Positions 25,584-32,000 of a stretch of DNA of 32,000 nucleotides are shown here, in pieces. Below the pieces are notes generated by a model. The model was given only the letters and a program-made list of their open reading frames with translations, ran no database searches and was not told the origin of the DNA. The position numbers were made by a program, and so were the translations under genes. This DNA is from Thermoproteus tenax Kra 1. Lineage in GTDB: Archaea > Thermoproteota > Thermoprotei > Thermoproteales > Thermoproteaceae. The stretch covers positions 1,500,001 through 1,532,000 of the forward strand of contig NC_016070.1 in NCBI RefSeq assembly GCF_000253055.1, in the 5' to 3' direction. The first letter of the stretch is position 1; every line of letters begins with the position of its first letter.

Positions 25584-26651
25584 CTACGTTGGACAGACGC
25601 CGTTTAGCTTGTCGAACGCATCCGCCAATCTATCTTCGGGCTCAACTAGGGCGATTCTCACGTGGCCTTGATCGCCGAAGCTCTCGCCAGGCAACACTGA
25701 GACGCCCACCTTCAAGGCTCCTCTAAAGAACTCTATACTCCCGCACTTAACCCTCGGGAAGAGGTAGAAGGCCCCCCTCGGTCTAGCGAAGTCCAGCTTG
25801 AGGACACGCTCAGCGAGCTCGGCCCTCCTCCTATATATCTCAGACAACAGCGAGCCGAGCTTGGGTATCTGAGGCACCAATTGCGCGACCGCTTTCTGGA
25901 GAATTGGGGGAGCGGAGTTTATTGTGGCTCTGTTGAACTTAACAACGGCCCTCGCGATGTCCCTCGGGGCGATCACTACGCCGACTCTGAAGCCAGGCAC
26001 CGAGAAGATCTTGCTGAAGCTGTAGACGACGGCCACATTAGAGGTGAACTCCAGGGGCGATGTGAAGGGCTCAAAGACGATATCTCTATAAACCTCATCG
26101 CTTATAATGAACTCGGCTACGTCCACTAGCTCCCTCACCTTATGTCTCGGCAACACGGCGCCAGTTGGGTTGTTCGGGTAGTTTACTAGGTACACCCCCC
26201 TCTCACTGAAGCTGGGAATCCACCCGGTCTCCCTAGACGTCTCTATGAAGCTCAGAGGTATCTCGAAGTTTGACGCTATCTCTATATATCCGGAATAATA
26301 TGGCTTGGGTGTTATCAACCCCCGCTTCCTGAAGATCCACATTAGGGCAGCAAGGCCGTGTCTTCCCCCCGACACTACAACGACCTCGTTTTTGTCCACT
26401 TTGAAGAGCTCGGCGACTCTCTCCCTAAGCTCGGGCTCACCCTCGGAGGGGCCGTAGGGGGCGTACTCTAAGCCCTTCAGATACTCGAACACTTGTGGCG
26501 GAGGCTTCACGTCCGGCTCGCCTACGTCGAGCCTGTGAGGCGGATTAACCCTCCTTATCTCGCTAAGTATATCCACGAGCTCCATTTGGTCTGCTATTTC
26601 AAGCGGTTTTAAGGCTTGCTCTGAAGGAGATATAGGACTGCCGACGGCCAC
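25584..26651 (-). CDS. class I aminotransferase (aspartate/aromatic family) embedded in the aro operon
   Basis: VGEPD, NYPNNPTG and YSFSKIFSVPGFRVG (PLP lysine). The start is ambiguous: ATG 26651 overlaps aroA by 43 nt, while ATG 26585 leaves a 23-nt gap. Confidence 0.85.
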   Translation of the reverse strand: MAVGSPISPSEQALKPLEIADQMELVDILSEIRRVNPPHRLDVGEPDVKPPPQVFEYLKGLEYAPYGPSEGEPELRERVAELFKVDKNEVVVVSGGRHGLAALMWIFRKRGLITPKPYYSGYIEIASNFEIPLSFIETSRETGWIPSFSERGVYLVNYPNNPTGAVLPRHKVRELVDVAEFIISDEVYRDIVFEPFTSPLEFTSNVAVVYSFSKIFSVPGFRVGVVIAPRDIARAVVKFNRATINSAPPILQKAVAQLVPQIPKLGSLLSEIYRRRAELAERVLKLDFARPRGAFYLFPRVKCGSIEFFRGALKVGVSVLPGESFGDQGHVRIALVEPEDRLADAFDKLNGVCPT

Positions 26652-27823
26652 GTCTTAGCCAGAGGGGCCAGATCGTTGACGCAGCCCCCCACGGCCCTCA
26701 TGGCGGTGAGGGCCATGAGGCAGATCCTGTGATCGCCGTGACATTCGAAGGCCACATCCCTACGCCTAGGGGGTCCCTCAACGGTCAAAACGCCGTTGGA
26801 GTACTCGGCGCGTGCGCCGAGCCTCCTCACTATATCGCTTATGCTCTCGATCCTATTGGACTCCTTGTAGGCGAGATGTTGTACTCCTCTGATCTTGCTC
26901 GCTCCGGCCGTGAAGGCCCCCAACAGAGCGACCGGAGGCGCCAGATCGGGCGCGGTGGATAAGTCGACATCCAGAGGTCTGGCGGGTTGGCCCTCCACGC
27001 TAACGGCGCCATCCGAGAGCACGACGGAGACTCCCGCATCCTGCAAAATGTCCACTATCTGTTCGTCGGGCCCTCCCCTCAGGTTAGTGATGCGCGCTCT
27101 GCCGCCCGTTATTGCCGCGCCCACCATCAAGAAGGCCGACAAAGAATAATCGCCGGGCACCGCCAGACGGCCCGGAGACTTAAGGGGGCCCCTCACATAG
27201 ATTACATTGTCCTCCACCTCGGCCTGGCCTCCGAAAATCCTTATGACATCTCCTGTCGCCTCCACGTACTGCCATGACTTCCTCTCCCCTGTCACCTCAA
27301 TGCGGCCGCCCTCCTCCGCGACCGTTGAGAGAAACATCAGCCCGCTGATATACTGGGAGGTCACATCGCCTCTGATCTTGACGTCTACGCGTCTAACGCC
27401 GGAGCTGTCTATAAGCACAACGCCGGGCAACCAGACGATGCGCGCATAAGAGGACAACACATCGACGAGATCTCTCAGCGGCCTCCTTGAGAGCTGCTCG
27501 GCCATGAATATGGCAGTGAACCCCTCTATGCCCGCGTACAATGCAGTGGCCACTCTGCCCGTGAACCCCGAGTCGCCGACACTAAAGGCTCTATATCTGT
27601 CCGGAGTCCTTCTCTCTATCACGGCTAGATCTCCCCGCAGCTCTATGGAGGATATGGGCTGGATCGCCCTCAAGGCCGCTACGACGTCGTCGCTGAGCTC
27701 CAGAGGGCCTATCTCGGTCGCTCCCTCGGCTAACGCTGATGCGAAAATATACCGTTGCGACATAGGCTTGGATGGCGGCGCGGGGAACTCCCCCTCTATT
27801 GGCGAGGGCTTTACGCAGAGCAT
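26609..27823 (-). CDS. aroA: 3-phosphoshikimate 1-carboxyvinyltransferase (EPSP synthase)
   Basis: 404 aa. PPSKPMSQRYIFASALAEG at the N-terminus and the LAYKESNR motif. Confidence 0.9.
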   Translation of the reverse strand: MLCVKPSPIEGEFPAPPSKPMSQRYIFASALAEGATEIGPLELSDDVVAALRAIQPISSIELRGDLAVIERRTPDRYRAFSVGDSGFTGRVATALYAGIEGFTAIFMAEQLSRRPLRDLVDVLSSYARIVWLPGVVLIDSSGVRRVDVKIRGDVTSQYISGLMFLSTVAEEGGRIEVTGERKSWQYVEATGDVIRIFGGQAEVEDNVIYVRGPLKSPGRLAVPGDYSLSAFLMVGAAITGGRARITNLRGGPDEQIVDILQDAGVSVVLSDGAVSVEGQPARPLDVDLSTAPDLAPPVALLGAFTAGASKIRGVQHLAYKESNRIESISDIVRRLGARAEYSNGVLTVEGPPRRRDVAFECHGDHRICLMALTAMRAVGGCVNDLAPLAKTWPSAVLYLLQSKP

Positions 27824-28839
27824 TTGAACTGATCGAGCCCCCTCTCAGCGTACTCCAGCGGCACTTCCTCCAGGACCCACTTCCCCAGGCCCACCGGGAG
27901 GGGCATCAAGATCTTGTCCCCCCTCCTCTTTTTGTCAAAAAGCACTAGCTCGCGGGCCCTCTTGTAGGAGTCGCCGCTCAGACAGGTTTTAACCGGCAGG
28001 CCGAAGCCCTCCAAGAGCTCTGCCAGTTGGCCCAAGTGGGACTCCTTGAAGTAGCCCATCTCGACCGCCATTTTTCCCTCTGCGATCATCCCCAGCGAGA
28101 CAGCCTCGCCGTGTAGGAGGTTCAATACGCGCTCCAGGGCGTGTCCCACCGTATGTCCGAAGTTTAGGACCTGCCTTATGTTTTTTGTCTCGAACTCGTC
28201 TATCTCAACGATCGACGATTTGATCTGGGCGCTTCTGAACACGACTTCCTCAAGCGCGCCGGCATCGCGGGAGAGGAGTTCGGCGCGATGGCTCCTGAGG
28301 TACTCGAAGAGACCCCGGTCCAAAACTACGCCGTACTTCACAACCTCGGCGAAAGCGGATCTATAGACGTTTTCAGGCGTGCTGGACACGAAACGCAGAT
28401 CGGAGATTATGAGATCGGGCTGATATATGACGCCTATTAGATTCTTCACGTAGCCCCAGTCGACCGCGCCCTTCCCTCCTATAGATGCGTCGACCATCGA
28501 TAGAAGCGTGGTCGGCACAAGGACGAGCCCTATCCCGCGCATATAGGTGCCTGCGGCGAAAGTGGCCAAGTCGAGGAGGGCACCTCCTCCGACTGCCACG
28601 AGGTATGTGGCCCTGTCCACCCCTCTCGAGGCAAGGTATTGGTAGACCTTGGTCAGCGTATCTAAGCCCTTGATCTCCTCGCCTCCGCTCAACACGAGGC
28701 AGTCCCCCTCAGCCTTGAAGTTGGACTTCTCGTCGATTAAGTAGACGGCTCTACCCCCTATTAGTCTCCCTATATCGATATCTCTGCCGACGATGACCCT
28801 GGTGATCCCCCTGCTGTGTCTGTAGAAGAACTCCCTCAT
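27811..28839 (-). CDS. aroB: 3-dehydroquinate synthase
   Basis: 342 aa. GGGALLDLATFAAGTYMRGIGLVLVPTTLLSMVDASIGGKGAVD and the metal-histidine motifs HTVGHALE/HGEAVSLGM. Confidence 0.9.
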   Translation of the reverse strand: MREFFYRHSRGITRVIVGRDIDIGRLIGGRAVYLIDEKSNFKAEGDCLVLSGGEEIKGLDTLTKVYQYLASRGVDRATYLVAVGGGALLDLATFAAGTYMRGIGLVLVPTTLLSMVDASIGGKGAVDWGYVKNLIGVIYQPDLIISDLRFVSSTPENVYRSAFAEVVKYGVVLDRGLFEYLRSHRAELLSRDAGALEEVVFRSAQIKSSIVEIDEFETKNIRQVLNFGHTVGHALERVLNLLHGEAVSLGMIAEGKMAVEMGYFKESHLGQLAELLEGFGLPVKTCLSGDSYKRARELVLFDKKRRGDKILMPLPVGLGKWVLEEVPLEYAERGLDQFKCSA

Positions 28840-29783
28840 CTGGCGAGCGATATAAGCTCCTCGGCCCTGGCGGCTATGTTTTCGGGCGTGAGCCCGAAAT
28901 ATCTATAGAGCTCCTCCGGGCTCTTGGCGGTTCTGCCGAAAGTCTTGACGCCCATCATGGCCAGAGGCTTGGGGCCGATGTTGGCAAGCGCCTCGGCCAC
29001 CGCCGACCCAAAGCCTCCGTGCACCATGTGTTCCTCGACTGTTACAATAGCCTTTACGGCTCTGGCGTATCTGGAGAGGAGCGTGAGATCTAGCGGCTTT
29101 ATCGTCGGAAAGTGCAAGACGGCGGCCGAGATGCCCTTCTCCCTCAGGATGTGCGCCGCATCGATAGCATAGCCGAGCATCTGGCCGGTGGTCATTATAG
29201 CGACGTCGGAGCCGTCGGCCGCCACGTATCCCTTGCCGACCTCAAACACTTTATAGAGGTCGCACGTGGCCGGTATATGGAAGTCTCTTCCAACTCTCAC
29301 GTACACTGGACCTCTGACTTCCGCCGTCGCCATCACGGCTCTGTAGGTCTCACACGAGTCGGCGGGCGCTATCACTGTGAAGTTGGGAAGCACTCTGAAG
29401 AGCGCAATGTCCTCTAGGGCCTGGTGCGAGGGCCCATCGTATGGATCCGAGAAGCCCGCGTGAGTGCCTATGAACCTGACGGGCAGATTCAAACGGGCGA
29501 CCGAGTTTCTAATTATCTCCCACGCTCTCAACATGAACTCGGCGAAGGTGAGCGCGTAGGGCATAAAGCCGGCGTAGGCCAGGCCGGCGGATATGGCGGC
29601 CATAGCCTGCTCGGCGATGCCGACGTTGAAGAATCTATCGGGGTGCCGTTCGGCGAAGAAGCGGGCCCTAGTCGTTTCACCTGTGTCGGCCACAACCACT
29701 ACTACGTCCTTCCTCAAGTCGCCTAGATCGGCCAAGGCCTTGCCGGCGGCCTCTCTCGGCGTAAGCTCCTCCACTAGCGACAT
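28836..29783 (-). CDS. transketolase, C-terminal subunit (pyrimidine-binding plus C-terminal domains)
   Basis: 315 aa. FFNVGIAEQAM, GPSHQALEDIA and C-terminal domain pattern. 4-nt overlap with aroB. Confidence 0.9.
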   Translation of the reverse strand: MSLVEELTPREAAGKALADLGDLRKDVVVVVADTGETTRARFFAERHPDRFFNVGIAEQAMAAISAGLAYAGFMPYALTFAEFMLRAWEIIRNSVARLNLPVRFIGTHAGFSDPYDGPSHQALEDIALFRVLPNFTVIAPADSCETYRAVMATAEVRGPVYVRVGRDFHIPATCDLYKVFEVGKGYVAADGSDVAIMTTGQMLGYAIDAAHILREKGISAAVLHFPTIKPLDLTLLSRYARAVKAIVTVEEHMVHGGFGSAVAEALANIGPKPLAMMGVKTFGRTAKSPEELYRYFGLTPENIAARAEELISLAR

Positions 29784-30571
29784 GTCACCCTCTTGGCCAT
29801 CTCCAGTGCCTCATCTCGGGGCACTCTTTGCCTTGTAGAGCCCTCCAAGCCCTCAACGCCCCTCCCTCGGACAGTCTCGGCAATAATGGCGCTGGGCGCC
29901 TCGGACCTCTCGGCCGCCTCGATAGCCTTCACGAGTTCGCCTATATTGTGTCCATCTACCACTTGGACGAAGAAGCCCAACGATCTAAATCTTCCGGCGA
30001 TGTCTCCCTTTCGTAGCACTTCCTCCGAGAATCCGTCCAACTGAGCCTTGTTGTGATCTACTATCACTATTAGGTTGTTCAACTTGTAGGAGGCGGCCAC
30101 CGCCATAGACTCCCACGAGATCCCCTCGTCCAACTCTCCGTCGCCGGTTATCAAGAAGACCTTACCGGCGTGGCCCTTGAGCTTCAAGCCTAGGGCTAGC
30201 CCCACGGCCATGCCGATGCCAAGGCCTAAGGATCCCGAGTTGGACACATCGGTGAACGGCGTATCGTCCTCTGGGTGGTTCTGTAGTCTGCTACCCAAAG
30301 ACCCCGTCTCTCTCAGCTCGTCTTGGTTCAGATAGCCGAACAACGAGGCCAGCGCGTATATGGCGTGTACGGCGTGGCCCTTGGAGAGGATAAGGTAGTT
30401 CCGGGTCGATACGCCGTTATGTGCGTTGAACTTAAGCCGCCCTGTGCCGTAGAGCGCAGTCAATATATCCAGGACCGATAGGGAGGAGCCTATGTGGATG
30501 CCTGGATCGTAGGCGGCCATTATCATCAATCGCCTCCGGGCCTCACATGATAGCTCGTCTAGTGAGTCCAC
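29774..30571 (-). CDS. transketolase, N-terminal subunit (TPP-binding)
   Basis: IHIGSSLSVLDIL, SKGHA, GSLGLGIGMAVG and TGDGELDEGISWE motifs. The ORF track starts at TTG 30643, but AAAATTTTTAAG (30635-30624, minus) lies just inside that extension. GTG 30571 (VDSLDELSCEARRRL...) fits family N-termini, so I place the start there. Confidence 0.88.
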   Translation of the reverse strand: MDSLDELSCEARRRLMIMAAYDPGIHIGSSLSVLDILTALYGTGRLKFNAHNGVSTRNYLILSKGHAVHAIYALASLFGYLNQDELRETGSLGSRLQNHPEDDTPFTDVSNSGSLGLGIGMAVGLALGLKLKGHAGKVFLITGDGELDEGISWESMAVAASYKLNNLIVIVDHNKAQLDGFSEEVLRKGDIAGRFRSLGFFVQVVDGHNIGELVKAIEAAERSEAPSAIIAETVRGRGVEGLEGSTRQRVPRDEALEMAKRVTCR

Positions 30572-30623
30572 CCCGATTTCGCGTACCCCGAAACCTCCTC
30601 CATAAAGGCCGAGGTAAGGAGAT

Positions 30624-30635
30624 CTTAAAAATTTT
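30624..30635 (-). promoter_or_regulatory. TATA-like box, candidate promoter of the tkt-aro operon
   Basis: A/T-rich AAAATTTTTAAG on the minus strand in an otherwise GC-rich stretch. The predicted TSS near 30601 gives a leader of about 30 nt to GTG 30571. Confidence 0.4.
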
Positions 30636-30815
30636 GTCTTCAACGCATCGAGATGTCCGACGAACTCTTCGCCGCCCTAAAGGGCTGGGTTTCTCCTTGC
30701 CTATGCCTTCATCGGTAGCCAGGCAACCTCCGGCGCGGGCTCATCGGGCACGGGGCCGGGCGGCACTCGGCCCTCCTCGAGCGCCTTCCTCTCGATGTTT
30801 ACCACCGTGACGACG

Positions 30816-30828
30816 CCCCCCCCCCCCC
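30816..30828. repeat. C13 (G13 on the minus strand) homopolymer
   Basis: Counted directly: 13 consecutive C. It is the longest homopolymer I saw in the window, and it lies in the tyrS-tkt spacer. Confidence 0.99.
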
Positions 30829-31045
30829 ACTCCAGCATATCCTCTCCTGCTCCCACTTGATTTGCTGTTTTTAAGCCGCTGTGCCACAGACGGCGGAGGC
30901 TTCCCAGAACCTCTCGTGCCGACTACAAAGAACTTCCCCAACGATCGTGAAAAAGGAAGCAGCCCGCGCCGAGTGGGAAGAGGCTGTGGCGAAAATATCG
31001 ACTTGGATGAGGATATCTGGGGCCTAGGGCGTCCCCTCCAAACTT

Positions 31046-32000
31046 TTAGCGCAACTTGGCCAAGGCCGAGACGAGGCCGTCTACCACGGCCTGTTTCAGC
31101 GTCTGCGGCTGCACGGAGCCTGCTCTGTAGTCGGCTGCCAGAGACTTAGCATCTTCATATCTACGCCCTCCTACCTCCAGGGGGCCGTGATAGGGTATGA
31201 GTAGATATGCGGCGAGCTCGTAAACTGGGTTGAACTCAGTCTCGTTGGGAGGACAATACGCTGACCAGACCTTCTTGGAGATCTCCTCAGGCGTGTCCGT
31301 CACATATATGGCCGTGCCGGGCCTCGACTTAGACATCTTGTACAAGGCGAGCACTTCGTCCAACTCTCTACTGCTGCCCTCCATCCTCCCCACGCCGGTC
31401 AGCGAAGTTATTATGGGCGTGTGTATAGAGGAGGGCTTTTTCAGCCCCAACTTCTCGGCCACATCGCGGGCCAACATGTGGGCCCTCCTCTGGTCCAGCC
31501 CTCCCAACGCGACGTCTACGTCAAGATAGAAGATATCCGCCACTTGCATAGCTGGATAGAGCAACTTTGAGAAATCCAGCTCCACCTCCTCCTGTCTTCT
31601 CCCCATTATAGGTATGGCCCTACGTATCCTGGCGAGAGAGGCGGCCTTGGAGACTCTCACCACAAGCTCCCAGTAGTGAGGGTCCGAGGCGAGGTCCCTT
31701 CCGTCCTTGAACTTGAACTTGCTCGATATTCTTCCGGCCAGTTCGCGTATTTTCGCCGCCTGCTCCGCCAACGTCGCCATATCGCCTTTATCGTTTATCC
31801 ACGCGTGCCATATGGCCTCTAGAAGTATCACCTCGAAACCTGCCTCAACGAGATCCCTCGCCTTGTACATCCAGACGAGCCAACCTACGTGCACCGGCCA
31901 GGCCGGCTCGTAGCCGATATACGCCCTTCCGCCAACCTTCCTCTTTATCTCCTCCTCAGTGACTAGCTCCACCGCGTTTCTGGCTACTATGTCGAAGGAC
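31046..32000 (-). CDS. tyrS: tyrosyl-tRNA synthetase (5' end beyond the window)
   Basis: YIGYEPAWPVHVGW (HIGH region), YPAMQVADIFYLDVDVALGGLDQRRAHMLARD and KMSKS. The frame stays open upstream of the ORF-track GTG (31972) to the window edge (..SFDIVARNAVELVTEEE), matching the usual IxRNxxEvvTeEE N-terminal segment. The gene is therefore truncated by the window. Confidence 0.9.
   Translation of the reverse strand, partial: SFDIVARNAVELVTEEEIKRKVGGRAYIGYEPAWPVHVGWLVWMYKARDLVEAGFEVILLEAIWHAWINDKGDMATLAEQAAKIRELAGRISSKFKFKDGRDLASDPHYWELVVRVSKAASLARIRRAIPIMGRRQEEVELDFSKLLYPAMQVADIFYLDVDVALGGLDQRRAHMLARDVAEKLGLKKPSSIHTPIITSLTGVGRMEGSSRELDEVLALYKMSKSRPGTAIYVTDTPEEISKKVWSAYCPPNETEFNPVYELAAYLLIPYHGPLEVGGRRYEDAKSLAADYRAGSVQPQTLKQAVVDGLVSALAKLR

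Noticed and set aside
30866-30942. Possible minimal (type T) RNase P RNA in the tyrS-tkt spacer. The minus strand has GGGGAAGUUC (compare GAGGAAAGUCC of CR-I) and ACAGCGGCUUA (compare ACAGAAnnnGGCUUA of CR-V), enclosed by the 30841-57/30972-83 complementarity that could mimic P1/P2.
   Set aside because: The would-be P4 gives only about 5 pairs including a wobble, the CR-I adenines are not all present, and no convincing P3 hairpin or P15-like element could be drawn. The GGAAG segment pairs better locally with CUUCC. The resemblance is too weak without a covariance-model score.
30547-31149. ORF-track entries 30547-30810 (+), 30741-30941 (-) as a complete gene, and 30862-31149 (+).
   Set aside because: They are extremely Arg/Gly/Pro/Ser-rich, use non-ATG starts, overlap one another and tyrS, and have no motifs. 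Only the N-terminal Walker-A-like stretch of 30741-30941 is retained, as part of the homopolymer finding.
1-32000. Scan for CRISPR repeats, IS elements or transposases, integrases, toxin-antitoxin pairs, restriction-modification or other defence genes, and rRNA.
   Set aside because: I noticed no regularly spaced direct repeats, no terminal inverted repeats flanking a transposase-like ORF, and no such protein motifs. The window appears to be core housekeeping chromosome.

Overview
The window looks like core chromosome of a hyperthermophilic crenarchaeon, probably Thermoproteaceae (Pyrobaculum/Thermoproteus-like). Evidence: about 55% GC, tRNA genes with short introns at non-canonical positions, A/T-rich TATA-like boxes about 25 nt upstream of start codons (leaderless geometry), split transketolase and a GHMP-type shikimate kinase. 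All product calls rest on motif recognition by eye; no homology search was possible. Gene content is dense and mostly housekeeping. It includes a sec61-beta operon, TatD, a DegT aminotransferase, three tRNAs (Val-GAC, Gly-CCC with a D-loop intron, Leu-UAG with a 29/30 intron) and two PRTase-domain proteins. It also includes tyrA, proC, an ADH, a TFB-like paralog, Nep1, an RNA methylase, rpoL-csl4, L3-L4-L23 and a divergent GH13/GH31 pair. A roughly 9 kb aromatic amino acid block follows (tktN-tktC-aroB-aroA-aminotransferase-aroD::chorismate mutase, then aroE, aroC, aroK), then tyrS. I see no CRISPR array, integrase, transposase, rRNA or recognisable defence system, and I cannot support a claim of a new multi-gene system here. 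The items most worth a second look are listed here. (1) Two unannotated C/D box sRNA candidates. (2) A roughly 470 bp non-coding spacer between tyrS and the aro operon with a C13 homopolymer that separates two open frames. (3) A 193-aa orphan translationally coupled to tyrA, divergent from an HTH-PRTase regulator candidate. (4) An AroD-chorismate mutase fusion. (5) A 346-aa orphan flanked by tRNA genes.
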